From an uncultured Oscillospiraceae bacterium (GTDB lineage Bacteria; Bacillota; Clostridia; Oscillospirales; Ruminococcaceae): 64,000 nucleotides of DNA. This document shows, piece by piece, positions 17,108 through 28,796 of the stretch. The translations under genes were made by a program, and so were the position numbers. The notes beneath the pieces were generated by a model. It searched no databases. It was given only the letters and a program-made list of their open reading frames with translations, and was not told where the DNA came from. Location: NCBI GenBank assembly GCA_964462175.1, contig CAYWXA010000001.1, positions 9,251-73,250 of the forward strand, read 5' to 3'. Each line of letters begins with the position of its first letter. Positions within the stretch are counted from its first letter, which is position 1.

Positions 17108-17165
17108 AATCCTCCTGAATAAGTATTAAAGTTTAAAACTTCTCTACATATTATTCAGGAGGATT
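17108..17165 (-). promoter_or_regulatory. 15-bp perfect hairpin sequestering the Shine-Dalgarno of the 16235-17104 gene
   Basis: AATCCTCCTGAATAA (17108-17122) is the exact reverse complement of TTATTCAGGAGGATT (17151-17165), with a 28-nt loop. On the mRNA the 3' arm contains AGGAGG, 5 nt before the ATG. Confidence 0.6.
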
Positions 17166-17177
17166 ACGTTTAGTTAC

Positions 17178-20100
17178 TTAAAACAGCGACATCTGCGCAG
17201 ATTCAGGCATATCCCCGAAAGCACCGAAGGATTTGAGCTGTTCGATAACCGTCTTTGATACACCCGCAGAAAGCGAGAACTCCTCTATTGATATAAAATC
17301 GCCTGATTGAGCGGCATTATAAAGCGCTTTTGCGGCGCTTTCACCGACACCCGACATTGAAACGAACGGAAGTCTTAGCTTGCCGTCCTCAATGAGATAC
17401 GTCGTGGCGTGGGACTTCTTGATATCTATCGGTAGGAATTCAAAACCTCGGCAAAGCATTTCATTGATGATCATAAGCATTTCGTAAACGTTCTTATCCT
17501 TATCGGAAAGCTCGTTATAGTTCTGCTTATATTCATCCAGCTTATATCTTGCGGCGTTCTTGCCCCTAACAGCAGTTTCGGCGTCAAAGTCGTCGCCTCT
17601 GACGGTAAACAGTGCGGCATAGAATTCAAGAGGTTTATGTACCTTATACCAAGCAAGGCGGATCGCCGCAGTAACGTATGCGGCAGCGTGAGCCTTGGGG
17701 AACATATATTTGATCTTCAAGCAGCTTTCAATATACCACTCGGGAACGTCGTGGTCACGCATCGTCTGCTTCATTTCATCGGTCAGAAGCTTCGGCGCAT
17801 TGCCCTTACGCACGATCTCCATGATCTTAAAGGAAAGACTCGGATCAACGCCGTGATATATAAGATACGTCATAATACTGTCACGGGTACCGATTACCTG
17901 GTCGATGGTGCAGGTGCCGTTTTTAATAAGCTCTTGTGCGTTGCCAAGCCAAACGTCAGTACCGTGGGAAAGTCCCGAAATCTGCAAAAGGTCGGAAAAA
18001 GTCTTTGGCTGTGCTTCAATAAGCATTCCTCTGACAAATCCCGTTCCCATTTCGGGGATGCCGAGAGTACCTGTTTTGCTGTCGATATCATCGGGTGTAA
18101 CGCCCAACGCTTCGGTTGATGTAAACAGCGAATACACCGCAGGGTCACTCATCGGCGTTTTGGTAACGTCAGTGCCCGTAAGGTCTTCAAGGTATTTATA
18201 AAGGGTCGGCACATCGTGTCCCAACTCGTCAAGCTTCAAAATCGTATCGTGGAGCGAGTTGAAGTCGAAGTGGGTGGTAACGATATCCGAATCTGTCTTT
18301 TCAGCCGGGTGCTGAACAGGAGTGAAGTCATATACTTCCATATCAGCAGGAATTACGACCATTCCGCCGGGATGCTGACCGGTCGTGCGCTTAATGCCCG
18401 TACAGCCTTTTGTCAGGCGGGCAACCTCTGCATTATGCACCTTCAGTTCCCGTTCTTCAAGATACTTCATTACGTAACCGTATGCGGTCTTATCGGCAAC
18501 GGTAGAAATAGTTCCCGCTTTGAAAACGTTATCTGCGCCGAAAAGCTCTTCGGTATATTTATGTGCGCTGGACTGATAGTCGCCCGAGAAGTTAAGGTCG
18601 ATATCGGGAGATTTATCGCCGTTAAAGCCAAGGAAGGTTTCAAAGGGTATGTCGTGGCCGTCACGGTTAAGGTCTGCCCCACAGTTGGGACAAGCCTTCG
18701 GCGGAAGGTCGAAGCCGGAACCGTATTCACCCTTGGTGAAGAATTCGGAATACTTACACTCCGGGCAGACATAGTGAGGCACCAAGGGGTTAACCTCGGA
18801 AATACCCGACATTGAAGCAACGAAGGAGGAACCAACCGAGCCACGGGAGCCAACCTGGTAGCCGTGTTCAACGGAGTTTGCAACAAGTCGCTTTGCGATT
18901 ACGTACAAAACTGCAAAGCCGTGCTTGATGATCGATGTCAGCTCTTTATCAAGTCGCTGTGATACGATCTCGGGGATCGGATCGCCGTATATCTCCTTTG
19001 CTCTTCGCCAGCATATCTCCGAAAGCTCTTCCTCTGCGCCGTCGATATGAGGCGTGAAGGTGCCTTTAGGGAATGCACGAAGCTCGGGGTCGGTCATATC
19101 CGCAATGAGATTGGAGTTGGTGACGACGACTTCATACGCCTTCTCCTCGCCCAAGTATGCAAAATCATCGAGCATCTCACGGGTCGTTTTGAGATACAAA
19201 GGCGCTTGATTATCCGAATCGGAATACATTACAGAAGTCAGTATGCTTCTGAATATAGCATCTTCTTTATCGAGGAAATGAACGTCACCCGTTGCAACGA
19301 CGGGAATACCAAGCTCATCACCCAGTCGGACGATGATCTTGTTGAATTCTTCGAGCTGCTCAACGCTTGAAACGCTACCCTCTCTGAGCATAAACATATT
19401 GTTGCCCGTCGGCTGAATCTCAAGGTAGTCGTAAAATCTTGCAATATCGCAAAGCTCGTCCCACGATTTACCCTGAAATACTGCTCTGAACAATTCGCCG
19501 GCTTCGCAGGCAGAGCCGATTATCAATCCCTCACGGTGCTTGATAAGCTCGGATTTGGGGATCCTCGGGTGGCGGTGGTAATATTTAAGATTGGAGTATG
19601 ATACAAGCTTATAGAGGTTTTTAAGACCAACCTTGTCTTTAGCCAGAATGATCTGGTGATATGACGGAAGCTTGTCCATATCTATGTCTGAAAGAATGGT
19701 GTTTATTTTATCAAACGGCGCTTCCGTCGGCTCGTCAAAACGGTCGAGCAAACGGCGGCACAAAATGATGAATATATTTGCATTGACGGTTGCATCGTCA
19801 AGTGCTCGGTGATGATGAAAATCGCCCAGACCGAGGTTTTTGGCAACCGAGTCAAGAGTATATTTCGATATGCCCGGCAGCATACTGCGGGAAAATGCAA
19901 CGGTATCAAGATAAGGTCTTTCAAACTTGATGCCGTTGCGCTCGCAGGCGGCACGAATGAAGGACATATCAAAGGAGGCATTGTGCGCAACGAAGCAAGG
20001 GGCATCGCCGCAGAATTCAAGAAACTGCTTAATTGCTTCACGTTCCTTCGGCGCACCCTTGACGGTTACGTCAGATATACTCGTAAGGTCGATTATCTTA

Positions 20101-21491
20101 GAAGGAATCGGACGTTCAGGGTCGACAAAGGTGTCAAACGTATCGACTATCTCAAGGTTTTTGACCCTTACGGCGCAGATCTCAATGAGTTTTTCGGTGA
20201 CAGCAGAAAGGCCCGTCGTTTCAACGTCAAAAACGATAAATTCATCGGTCAGAAGCCTCGAATCATTGCCAAAGGTGATGCTGACCTCGTCGTTGACCTG
20301 ATATGCTTCAACACCGTAGATAATTTTGAAGTCCTTGCCGTCCTTGCGGAGCTTATCGCAGGTGTACATAGCGTCGGGGAAGCCTTGGCATACGCCGTGG
20401 TCTGTTATGGCAATAGCCTTCATTCCCCAGGATGCCGCACGTTTGACGATCTCATCCGAAGGGGTCATTGCATCCATAACCGACATATTGGTATGACAGT
20501 GAAGCTCGACACGCTTGACAGGCTCGTCATCGGTCTTTTTAAGCTTTTTGACCAACGAAATATCACGGGGACGGATGTTTATCTCTTTATCAAAAGTGTC
20601 ATAGCTGACTTCGCCTCTTGCAAGAACACTCACGCCTTTTTTAACTTCGGAGAGAAACTCTTCCGCTTTTTTTACCGAATCAATAAGCTTAAGCGTTATT
20701 GAGCCGGTAAGATCCGTTATATAGACCGTCACGATCATTTTCTTCTCGTCACGGGTTATCTTCGTTTCAATGTCGAACACTTCGCCCCAAACGGCGATCT
20801 TGCCCGAATCCTGCGCAACTTCTCCCAGAGGAGTTAAAGGCATATCGACGATCTCTCTGCCAAGAATAAGGGTCGCTTCGTTTTCGATCGGAACGTTATC
20901 GAAGTTTATATAATACGTAGGCTTTGCTCCTTCTTCCTGAACCGACGCCTTCTTCTCTACGTGAACGGGAGTAAGCTTTTTGAGCACCTCCTGCTGAAGC
21001 TTATCGTGCTCGCCGGCATCGACACACAGATTACCGTCAAATCTGACGGTAACGGAAACGCCGAACTGCGAGAAGATAATCTTCGTAAGAGCTTCTTCGA
21101 TTCCCGCCTTTTTAAGCAACGCTTCGCCGCCGTTTTTAAGCGTAATGCAAAGCTCATTTCCGTTTATGGCAAAATCGGAATTATCCAGAAAACCGTTTAT
21201 CGGAATTCGTCTTTTAAGCTCGTCGATTACAGACGGAAGCGCATTGACGCCAAAAAGCTCTTTGTCATATTTCGGGCTTATGTATATTCCTGTCAGTCCC
21301 AGACAGGGCTTTAAATTCGAGGCGAAAAGCTTTAAATCGTCGCCTGAAATGACCTGCGGGAACTTTATTTCAACAGCCATAACAGAATTATCCTTAGAAA
21401 ATGCAATTCTAAGGATCACGCCGTCTGCCATAGACTCGGGTATTAAGTTGTCATATGCGCTGAAAAAATCAGCGACTCTTTCATATGCCAT
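17178..21491 (-). CDS. polC: DNA polymerase III alpha subunit, PolC type
   Basis: 1437 aa. PHP domain, DEDD exonuclease insert ([11 protein letters not shown].., HRALDDA), polymerase core. Confidence 0.97.
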   Translation of the reverse strand: MAYERVADFFSAYDNLIPESMADGVILRIAFSKDNSVMAVEIKFPQVISGDDLKLFASNLKPCLGLTGIYISPKYDKELFGVNALPSVIDELKRRIPINGFLDNSDFAINGNELCITLKNGGEALLKKAGIEEALTKIIFSQFGVSVTVRFDGNLCVDAGEHDKLQQEVLKKLTPVHVEKKASVQEEGAKPTYYINFDNVPIENEATLILGREIVDMPLTPLGEVAQDSGKIAVWGEVFDIETKITRDEKKMIVTVYITDLTGSITLKLIDSVKKAEEFLSEVKKGVSVLARGEVSYDTFDKEINIRPRDISLVKKLKKTDDEPVKRVELHCHTNMSVMDAMTPSDEIVKRAASWGMKAIAITDHGVCQGFPDAMYTCDKLRKDGKDFKIIYGVEAYQVNDEVSITFGNDSRLLTDEFIVFDVETTGLSAVTEKLIEICAVRVKNLEIVDTFDTFVDPERPIPSKIIDLTSISDVTVKGAPKEREAIKQFLEFCGDAPCFVAHNASFDMSFIRAACERNGIKFERPYLDTVAFSRSMLPGISKYTLDSVAKNLGLGDFHHHRALDDATVNANIFIILCRRLLDRFDEPTEAPFDKINTILSDIDMDKLPSYHQIILAKDKVGLKNLYKLVSYSNLKYYHRHPRIPKSELIKHREGLIIGSACEAGELFRAVFQGKSWDELCDIARFYDYLEIQPTGNNMFMLREGSVSSVEQLEEFNKIIVRLGDELGIPVVATGDVHFLDKEDAIFRSILTSVMYSDSDNQAPLYLKTTREMLDDFAYLGEEKAYEVVVTNSNLIADMTDPELRAFPKGTFTPHIDGAEEELSEICWRRAKEIYGDPIPEIVSQRLDKELTSIIKHGFAVLYVIAKRLVANSVEHGYQVGSRGSVGSSFVASMSGISEVNPLVPHYVCPECKYSEFFTKGEYGSGFDLPPKACPNCGADLNRDGHDIPFETFLGFNGDKSPDIDLNFSGDYQSSAHKYTEELFGADNVFKAGTISTVADKTAYGYVMKYLEERELKVHNAEVARLTKGCTGIKRTTGQHPGGMVVIPADMEVYDFTPVQHPAEKTDSDIVTTHFDFNSLHDTILKLDELGHDVPTLYKYLEDLTGTDVTKTPMSDPAVYSLFTSTEALGVTPDDIDSKTGTLGIPEMGTGFVRGMLIEAQPKTFSDLLQISGLSHGTDVWLGNAQELIKNGTCTIDQVIGTRDSIMTYLIYHGVDPSLSFKIMEIVRKGNAPKLLTDEMKQTMRDHDVPEWYIESCLKIKYMFPKAHAAAYVTAAIRLAWYKVHKPLEFYAALFTVRGDDFDAETAVRGKNAARYKLDEYKQNYNELSDKDKNVYEMLMIINEMLCRGFEFLPIDIKKSHATTYLIEDGKLRLPFVSMSGVGESAAKALYNAAQSGDFISIEEFSLSAGVSKTVIEQLKSFGAFGDMPESAQMSLF

Positions 21492-21502
21492 TGTTTCCTC
21501 CG

Positions 21503-22540
21503 TCAGAGTTTATCAATTTCGGCAAGAAGGGCGCCAAGCGCATCGCTTTCGGAAAACTTGCCGATAATTTTATCCTTTTTAAAAATTACAACGCATCCGT
21601 CGCCGCCTGCAAGTCCGATGTCAGCCTCTTTTGCTTCGCCGGGACCGTTGACAACACAGCCCATTACCGCAACGGTAATGTCTTTATCAATATTTGCAGT
21701 TGCTTCCTCGACTTTATGAGCCAAGGAGATGAGGTCGATCTTCGTTCTTCCGCAGGTGGGACAGGAAACGAGCCTTACTCCCCTGCCTTTGCCGATTGCT
21801 TTTAAAATGTCAAAGCCTGCGGCAACTTCTTTAATCGGGTCATCGGTCAACGAAACGCGAATCGTTTCGCCGATTCCGTCGCACAAAAGCGAGCCGATAC
21901 CGATGCTCGACTTTATAAGTCCCATTTTATACGTTCCCGCCTCGGTGACACCTAAATGCAAGGGATAATCAGTTTTATCCGCAACAAGGCGATACGCCGT
22001 TATCATTTTATTTACGTCACTTGATTTGAGAGACAGAACAATATCACCGAAGTCGAACTTTTCAAGCAAGCGTGCGTGATACAGCGCACTTTCGCAAAGC
22101 GCTTCGGGGGTTGCACTGCCGTATTTTGACAAAATTTCCTTTTCAAGCGAGCCCGAATTGACACCGATGCGAATGGGAATATTCTTTATTCTACAAATGT
22201 CGGCAACCGCTTTAACACGGTCATCATCACCAATATTACCCGGGTTGATGCGGATTTTGTCAATTCCCCTCTCAGCCGCACCCAAAGCAAGGCGATAGTC
22301 AAAGTGGATATCGGCAACAAGCGGAACGTTAACTTCTTTCTTGATTGCAGGAATCAAATCAAGTGCTGCCTCGTCGGGAATTGATACTCTTATGATCTCG
22401 CATCCTGACGCTTCAAGCTCCTTCGCCTGTCTGACGTTGCCCGAAACGTCCGTTGAAATCACGTTAAGCATAGACTGTACATATATTCTGTTTCCGTCAA
22501 GTGTAAGGCTATTAACCTTTACAGGTCTGACTTTTCTCAT
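21503..22540 (-). CDS. ispG: 4-hydroxy-3-methylbut-2-en-1-yl diphosphate synthase
   Basis: RINPGNIG, and the SCPTCGRT and GCVVNGPGE cluster motifs. Confidence 0.95.
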   Translation of the reverse strand: MRKVRPVKVNSLTLDGNRIYVQSMLNVISTDVSGNVRQAKELEASGCEIIRVSIPDEAALDLIPAIKKEVNVPLVADIHFDYRLALGAAERGIDKIRINPGNIGDDDRVKAVADICRIKNIPIRIGVNSGSLEKEILSKYGSATPEALCESALYHARLLEKFDFGDIVLSLKSSDVNKMITAYRLVADKTDYPLHLGVTEAGTYKMGLIKSSIGIGSLLCDGIGETIRVSLTDDPIKEVAAGFDILKAIGKGRGVRLVSCPTCGRTKIDLISLAHKVEEATANIDKDITVAVMGCVVNGPGEAKEADIGLAGGDGCVVIFKKDKIIGKFSESDALGALLAEIDKL

Positions 22541-22553
22541 ATACCGATGCTCC

Positions 22554-23609
22554 TTAGAAAAGCTTTTTAATGTCAGAGAACGTTACGATCACCATCAGCG
22601 CCAAAAGCAGAGCCAAACCGACAAAATGGATTATTCCTTCATATTTGGGATTTATCGGCTTGCGTCTGATTCCCTCGATTATGAGGAACAAAGCACGGGA
22701 ACCGTCAAGCGCAGGAATGGGCAAAAGGTTGAAAATACCGACGTTTACGGTGATAAACACAACGAATGAAGCGAGGTTCAAGAGCATTTCTCCGACAGCA
22801 ACACCCTGCTGGGTGGAGCCGACAACGTCACCGATCGCGCCGACGATTCCGACAGGACCCGAAAGGTCGTTAAGACCGTATTTTCCTCTAACCAAATCGA
22901 CAACCGACTGAATTATCATCTTTGAAACGGATACGAACTTGCCTGCTGAGTATTGAATAACTGTCAAGGGATTTACCTTTTCACCCACAACATAGAAATC
23001 TATGTGCAAAGTCTGGGTTCCGTCCTCAAGAGTTACCGCATCAAACTTAACTGCGGGAAGATTTACTTTCTCGCCGTTACGAATTACGGTCATATCGAAG
23101 GTCATATCCTCATCGACCTGGAACTGATAGGACAAATCGGTGTCGCTGAAGATATGCGAGCCGTTGACGTTTACGATCTTATCCCCTACTTCAAGTCCCG
23201 TCATATGGGAGGTTGCGGTTTCAGACTCAAACTTTGCGATCTGAGTAGTCGTGATAGCATCACCGCAGGAGGTGACGATTATGAGGATCACAAATCCGAG
23301 AATAAGGTTCATTACCGCACCGGCAAGCACGACCAAAAGCCTCTGCCAGACCTTCTTTTTGCCGAACGCTCTGGGATCGTCGCTTTCGTCATCCTCACCT
23401 TCCATTGAAACGTATCCGCCGATAGGAAGCGCACGCAAAGAATACTTCGTTTCGCCTTTTCCAAAACTTACGATCTTAGGACCCATACCGATGGAAAATT
23501 CATTTACTTTTATTCCGCAGGATTTTGCGACTAAAAAATGCCCAAGCTCGTGAATGACGATTATGATTCCGAAAATTAAAATCGCAACAACAATATATAA
23601 TAAACTCAA
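22554..23609 (-). CDS. rseP: RIP metalloprotease RseP/YluC (site-2 protease)
   Basis: HELGHF zinc motif in TM1, a PDZ-like middle region, and C-terminal NLLPIPALDG. Confidence 0.9.
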   Translation of the reverse strand: MSLLYIVVAILIFGIIIVIHELGHFLVAKSCGIKVNEFSIGMGPKIVSFGKGETKYSLRALPIGGYVSMEGEDDESDDPRAFGKKKVWQRLLVVLAGAVMNLILGFVILIIVTSCGDAITTTQIAKFESETATSHMTGLEVGDKIVNVNGSHIFSDTDLSYQFQVDEDMTFDMTVIRNGEKVNLPAVKFDAVTLEDGTQTLHIDFYVVGEKVNPLTVIQYSAGKFVSVSKMIIQSVVDLVRGKYGLNDLSGPVGIVGAIGDVVGSTQQGVAVGEMLLNLASFVVFITVNVGIFNLLPIPALDGSRALFLIIEGIRRKPINPKYEGIIHFVGLALLLALMVIVTFSDIKKLF

Positions 23610-23624
23610 AAAATCAACTCCAAA

Positions 23625-24764
23625 TTAAATAGACGCTAAAACAAACTCTCTTGCTTTCTTGTCAGCAGATAAAACGTCTTCAAGGCAGGTTGCTTCCTGC
23701 GATGGTACACATTCAAGTGCCTTAGTGACAGCTCTGCCGATGTCCAAAAATCCGATTTTGCCGTTTATGAACAGCCCTACAGCCTCTTCATTTGCGCCGT
23801 TTACGATCGCAGGCGCAGTTCCGCCGATTCGTGCCGCTTTAATGCAAGCACGAAGGCAATCAAAGGTTTCATAATCGGGTTTATAGAAGCTTAAAGTACC
23901 GTAATCGGTGAGCGACAAACGCTTTGTGGGACAGTCTAAACGATTGGTATACATAAGCGCATACTGTATGGGCAGCTTCATATCCGGCACTCCGAGTTCG
24001 GCAATAACTGCGCCGTCATTGAATTCAACGGCAGAGTGAATAACGCTCTCACGGTGAACGACGATCTCGATCATATCGGGCGATACGTCAAAGAGCCACA
24101 TCGCCTCTATAAATTCAAGGCCTTTATTCATAAGCGTAGCCGAATCAATAGTGATCTTGGCGCCCATATCCCAGTTGGGGTGTTTAAGGGCATCTTTAAG
24201 CGAAACGTTTTCAAGCTCAGCTTTCGTTTTTTCGAAGAACGGCCCGCCCGATGCCGTTAGAATGATCTTTGAAACTTCCGATCGCTTTGAGCCTCTCAGC
24301 GACTGGAATATTGCAGAATGTTCGCTGTCAACGGGAAATATCCTGACTCCCCTTTTTCGGGCAGCTTTCATAACCAAAGCGCCGCCTGCAACGAGAGTTT
24401 CTTTGTTCGCAAGGGCAATATCAATTCCTGCATCTATTGCGGCAAGGGTCGGTTTAAGTCCGACCATTCCGACGACGCTGTTCAAGACGATATCCGTTTC
24501 GGGCATTGATGCAATTTCGCAAAGTCCGTCCATACCGCATAATACGGCGATATCCGTATCCCTGAGCAGATCGCAAAGAGCGTCTTTTTTATTTTCATCA
24601 TAAATGCAGACGGCCTTTGGCTTAAATTCCAAAGCCTGCTGAGCCAAAAGCTCGATATTCGATCTTGCCGCAAGTCCCGTTATCCACAGACCGTGGGCAC
24701 GGGCAACTTCGAGCGCCTGCGTGCCGATCGAACCCGTCGAGCCTAAAATACAAACAGATCTCAT
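23625..24764 (-). CDS. dxr: 1-deoxy-D-xylulose-5-phosphate reductoisomerase
   Basis: ILGSTGSIGTQAL, PVDSEHSAIFQ. Start set at ATG 24764 (AGGTGA SD). Confidence 0.95.
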   Translation of the reverse strand: MRSVCILGSTGSIGTQALEVARAHGLWITGLAARSNIELLAQQALEFKPKAVCIYDENKKDALCDLLRDTDIAVLCGMDGLCEIASMPETDIVLNSVVGMVGLKPTLAAIDAGIDIALANKETLVAGGALVMKAARKRGVRIFPVDSEHSAIFQSLRGSKRSEVSKIILTASGGPFFEKTKAELENVSLKDALKHPNWDMGAKITIDSATLMNKGLEFIEAMWLFDVSPDMIEIVVHRESVIHSAVEFNDGAVIAELGVPDMKLPIQYALMYTNRLDCPTKRLSLTDYGTLSFYKPDYETFDCLRACIKAARIGGTAPAIVNGANEEAVGLFINGKIGFLDIGRAVTKALECVPSQEATCLEDVLSADKKAREFVLASI

Positions 24765-24775
24765 TCCATCACCTA

Positions 24776-25579
24776 TCATACCGTGAATATAAGTGAAAGT
24801 GCCGTTGCCATAAAGGGCGCAACGAACAAAACGCTGTCAAAGCGATCCATCGCTCCGCCGTGGCCGGGCATAATGTTTCCGTAATCCTTAATTCCGTATT
24901 TGCGTTTTATCATCGAAGCCAAAAGGTCACCGATAACACTTAACATACAACATACTATTCCCAAAAGTGCGAAAATAAGCCAACCGCTTCCGTCAAAAAC
25001 AACGACGTTGAATAATGCAAATAAAACAGCATTTGCAGCAAAGCCGCCGATAAGACCCTCAACGGTCTTTTTCGGGCTGATCTTCGGACAAAGCTTATGC
25101 TTGCCGAAGAAGGTTCCTGCAAAATAAGCGCCGGTATCAGCAAACCACGCACCGCCAAAGGTCAGAATAACGAGCAAAATGCCGTGAGTCTTGATGCTGT
25201 TTTCAATATAGCAGACAGAATACATCGCCGCACTTATCATTAGCGTTTCAAAGACGAGCAAAGCGCAGGTCTCAATGTCGATATGCTCGTGTCTGAATAT
25301 AGATACGCCGACGGATATCGCTATGTATATAACTATAGCCAAAGCGCAGTGAACGGCGCTTACCCCTTTAATTACGGATATGGGAGCGATTACCGTCATT
25401 ACGACGCTCGCCGCAAGAAAAACATATTCGTTCTTGCATTTAACAGCACGGAAAACTTCATATACCATAAGCACACCTATAAGTGCAAAAGCGATATTGA
25501 AGATTACAGTATCGTGCAGATATAAAACTCCTGCCAGCAGAACGATCGCAACTGCTGCGGAAATAATTCTCGTTTTCAT
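24776..25579 (-). CDS. cdsA: phosphatidate cytidylyltransferase
   Basis: Polytopic membrane protein with the C-terminal CDS signature SMIKRKYGIKDYGNIMPGHGGAMDRFDS. Confidence 0.9.
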   Translation of the reverse strand: MKTRIISAAVAIVLLAGVLYLHDTVIFNIAFALIGVLMVYEVFRAVKCKNEYVFLAASVVMTVIAPISVIKGVSAVHCALAIVIYIAISVGVSIFRHEHIDIETCALLVFETLMISAAMYSVCYIENSIKTHGILLVILTFGGAWFADTGAYFAGTFFGKHKLCPKISPKKTVEGLIGGFAANAVLFALFNVVVFDGSGWLIFALLGIVCCMLSVIGDLLASMIKRKYGIKDYGNIMPGHGGAMDRFDSVLFVAPFMATALSLIFTV

Positions 25580-26301
25580 TTTAAGCCTCCAAATCGACGG
25601 TTACGTCCGGAAAATTCTTTGATCGCTTTAAGCAGATCGTTTCTGTTAAAATCAGGCCAAAGAGTGTTGCAAAAATACAGCTCGGCATATGCTGACTGCC
25701 AAAGCAGAAAGTTTGAAAGCCTCTGCTCGCCGCCGGTACGCACCAACAGATCGACGGGCGGAATATCGGCGGTATAGAGCATTGAGTCAAACAGCTCGGG
25801 CGTGATCTTCTCGGGTGTGAGATATCCTTCACCGTTAAGCTCGCATATACGTTTTGCGGCATTCGTTATTTCGTCTCTGCCGCCGTAGTTGATAGCGATA
25901 CATACGCATAAGCCGCTTCTGTCGCTTGACGCTTGCTCATAACGTGCCATCTTCTCCTGCAAAGACTCATCGAGTCTTGTGCGGTCGCCGATAAAGCGCA
26001 GTCGGAAGTTATTATCCGAATTAGCTTCAAGCTCATCAAGATATTGTCCGAAAAGGCGCATAAGCTCGCTTACCTCTTCTTCGGGGCGCTTCCAATTCTC
26101 CGTTGAGAACGCATAAAAAGTCGCATATTTAACGCCAAAAGAATCAAGCTCTTTAATAAGGTTTTTAAGCGTTTGAGAGCCTTCTTTATGTCCGGCGGTG
26201 CGTTTAAGCCCGCGCTTTTGAGCCCAACGGCCGTTGCCGTCCATAATAAAAGCAATGTGGCGAGGAACTATCAGCTCGCCTTCTGATTTTTTCTTAAACA
26301 C
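25576..26301 (-). CDS. uppS: isoprenyl transferase (undecaprenyl diphosphate synthase)
   Basis: HIAFIMDGNGRWA, FSTENWKRP, RTGGEQRLSNFLLWQ. GTG 26301 is preferred (AAGGGG SD). The ORF is open to 26337. Confidence 0.9.
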   Translation of the reverse strand: MFKKKSEGELIVPRHIAFIMDGNGRWAQKRGLKRTAGHKEGSQTLKNLIKELDSFGVKYATFYAFSTENWKRPEEEVSELMRLFGQYLDELEANSDNNFRLRFIGDRTRLDESLQEKMARYEQASSDRSGLCVCIAINYGGRDEITNAAKRICELNGEGYLTPEKITPELFDSMLYTADIPPVDLLVRTGGEQRLSNFLLWQSAYAELYFCNTLWPDFNRNDLLKAIKEFSGRNRRFGGLK

Positions 26302-26382
26302 AAAGGTACCCCTTTTGATAAAGATGAGCTCATCCAATAACAGAGGTCCATAATCGGATAGAGCTCATCAATCAGTTTAATG

Positions 26383-26937
26383 TTAGATGGACATGATCTC
26401 CTTGTCCTTGACGGCAACAGCAGCATCAACGTTTTCGATATACTTGTCGGTGAGCTTCTGAATGTCCTTCTCGAAGTTCTTAACGTCGTCCTCGGTGACT
26501 TCGTTGTTCTTCTTCATTGTCTTGACCTTGTCAAGAGCGTCACGTCTGATGGATCTTACGGCAACCTTTGATTCTTCACCGAGCTTCTTGATGTCCTTGG
26601 AAAGCTCCTTACGGCGTTCCTCGGTAAGCTGAGGGAATGCAAGTCTGATAACAGAACCGTCGTTAGAGGGGTTGATGCCCAGATCAGATGCCTGAATAGC
26701 CTTTTCAATTGACTTGAGGGTTGTCTTGTCCCAAGGCTGGATAACGAGGATTCTTGCATCCTGTACGGAAACGGCAGCCATCTGCTGAATAGGTGTGGGG
26801 GTTCCGTAATAGTCAACCTGAATGGAGTTCAATACTGCGGGATTTGCTCTTCCTGCTCTGATTGCGGCAAACTGGGAAGCCAAAACGTTAAGGGTCTTTT
26901 CCATTTTTTCCTTAGAATTGTTAAGTACGGTTTTCAT
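26383..26937 (-). CDS. frr: ribosome recycling factor
   Basis: 184 aa. RAGRANPAVLNSIQVDYYGTPTPI is a typical RRF sequence. Confidence 0.95.
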   Translation of the reverse strand: MKTVLNNSKEKMEKTLNVLASQFAAIRAGRANPAVLNSIQVDYYGTPTPIQQMAAVSVQDARILVIQPWDKTTLKSIEKAIQASDLGINPSNDGSVIRLAFPQLTEERRKELSKDIKKLGEESKVAVRSIRRDALDKVKTMKKNNEVTEDDVKNFEKDIQKLTDKYIENVDAAVAVKDKEIMSI

Positions 26938-26959
26938 AATATCTTTCCTTTCAAATTCA

Positions 26960-27664
26960 TTATTTTACAAGTGTACCGATCTTTTCGCCCATAACAGCAT
27001 CGTAAATATTGTCAGGACGGGCAAGATTGAATACGATGATTGGAATGTTGTTGTCCTTGCACATTGCGGCAGAGGTGCTGTCCATAACGGCAAGGTGCTT
27101 AACGATAACGTCGTCAAGATCGAGTGTTTCATACTTGACGGCATCGGGATACTTGTGGGGATCCTTGTCGTATACACCGTCAACCATAGTTGCCTTGAGC
27201 ATTACGTCAGCTTCGATTTCTGCGGCTCTTAGGGATGAAGCCGTATCTGTCGAGAAGAAGGGATTACCCGTGCCGCATCCGAAGATGACTACCCTGCCCT
27301 TTTCAAGGTGGCGCACAGCTCGGTTGCGGATATACGGCTCGGCAACCTGCTGCATTGAAATAGCAGTCTGAACTCTAACCTCCATACCCAAGGATTCAAG
27401 CACGTCGGCAACAGCCAAAGCGTTCATTGCAGTCGCAAGCATACCGATATGGTCGGCTCTCGTTCTGTCCATAGCTCCGCTTGAGCGGCCTCTCCAGAAG
27501 TTTCCGCCTCCGACGACGATACCGATCTGAACACCGGCATCGTAACACTTTTTGATGCTCTTGCCGATATCGGTGATAACATCGTAGTTAAGACCGGTTT
27601 TCTTGTCTCCGGCGAGGGCTTCTCCGCTGAGCTTGAGCAGAACTCTTTTATAAGCAGGTTTCAT
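26960..27664 (-). CDS. pyrH: UMP kinase
   Basis: [21 protein letters not shown]. Start ATG 27664 with GGAGGA upstream. Confidence 0.95.
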   Translation of the reverse strand: MKPAYKRVLLKLSGEALAGDKKTGLNYDVITDIGKSIKKCYDAGVQIGIVVGGGNFWRGRSSGAMDRTRADHIGMLATAMNALAVADVLESLGMEVRVQTAISMQQVAEPYIRNRAVRHLEKGRVVIFGCGTGNPFFSTDTASSLRAAEIEADVMLKATMVDGVYDKDPHKYPDAVKYETLDLDDVIVKHLAVMDSTSAAMCKDNNIPIIVFNLARPDNIYDAVMGEKIGTLVK

Positions 27665-27754
27665 ATGACATCCTCCAATAACATTATTCATATTTATTCT
27701 ATATTATAATACCTTAAAAAGCAAAAAAAGTAAATACAATTATGAGATTTTTCG

Positions 27755-27790
27755 CAGAAAAAATCCCCGAATCGATAATAATTCGGGGAT
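27755..27790 (-). terminator. rho-independent terminator after gpsA
   Basis: ATCCCCGAAT / ATTCGGGGAT stem, with a U-run on the minus strand. Confidence 0.8.
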
Positions 27791-27796
27791 CAGGTT

Positions 27797-28780
27797 CTAT
27801 TCTTTTCCGCGAGGACGCATCATAAGCGCATCCAGAGCATCTTTTGGTGATCTTCCTTCAAAGAGAATACGGTTTATCTCTTTGGTTATCGGCATATCAA
27901 CACCGTACTTTTCGGAAAGCTCAAGGGTAGCGTTCGCACAAGCATAGCCTTCAACGGTGCCGACTGATCTGACAGCTTCTTCGGGAGCAACGCCCTGACC
28001 GATCAGAACGCCTGCACGGTAGTTTCTCGAATGGATACTCGTGCAGGTGACAACGAGATCTCCGACGCCAGCAAGTCCGAAGAACGTATCCGCTTTTCCG
28101 CCCATAGCAACGCCTAAACGCATTATCTCATTTAAGCCTCTCGTCATAATTGCAGCTTTGGTATTATCACCCAAGCCCAAGCCGTCGCTTACGCCGCAGC
28201 AAAGAGCAATGACGTTTTTGACTGCACCGCCGATTTCGCATCCGATGACGTCGTTGTTTACATAAAGCCTCAACACGTTATCGGAAAATGCTTTTTGCAC
28301 GAACACGGCAGCTTCTTCATCATCGCTGGCAACGGAAACAGCGGTAGGAATACCCTTTCCAAGCTCTTCAGCGTGAGAGGGGCCTGTTAATACGACTATT
28401 TTGTTGTCGGGCAAAACTTCCGAAATGACCTCACTCATACGCTTGAAGTTTCCGTCTTCAAGTCCCTTAGCGGTACTGACGATGATCGTATCATTATCAA
28501 TATACTGCTTACACGACTCGCACACGGAGCGAACGAATTTTGAAGGTATTCCGACCAGCACGATATCTTTATCGCTGACACACGAAATATCGGTGGTAAG
28601 ATCAACAGTCTTGGGTATACGGATGCCCGGAAGTTTCGCTCTGAGTTCGCCCGTTCTGATTATAGAGTCGATCTCATCTTTGAAAGCACTCCAGACGGTG
28701 ACCTTATGTCCCAATCTGTCGCAGGCTGCTGCCAGCGCAAGCCCGAAACCGCCCGAACCGAGAATTGCAATCCTTAACAC
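27797..28780 (-). CDS. gpsA: NAD(P)H-dependent glycerol-3-phosphate dehydrogenase
   Basis: IAILGSGGFGLALA Rossmann motif, NVIALCCGVSDGLGLGDNTKAA. GTG 28780 is preferred (AAAGGAAAG SD, no overlap with plsY). Confidence 0.9.
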   Translation of the reverse strand: MLRIAILGSGGFGLALAAACDRLGHKVTVWSAFKDEIDSIIRTGELRAKLPGIRIPKTVDLTTDISCVSDKDIVLVGIPSKFVRSVCESCKQYIDNDTIIVSTAKGLEDGNFKRMSEVISEVLPDNKIVVLTGPSHAEELGKGIPTAVSVASDDEEAAVFVQKAFSDNVLRLYVNNDVIGCEIGGAVKNVIALCCGVSDGLGLGDNTKAAIMTRGLNEIMRLGVAMGGKADTFFGLAGVGDLVVTCTSIHSRNYRAGVLIGQGVAPEEAVRSVGTVEGYACANATLELSEKYGVDMPITKEINRILFEGRSPKDALDALMMRPRGKE

Positions 28781-28796
28781 AACTGCACTTTCCTTT

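Noticed and set aside
19809-20702. 297-aa plus-strand ORF inside polC
   Set aside because: It is an antisense shadow ORF within polC, with no independent signals.
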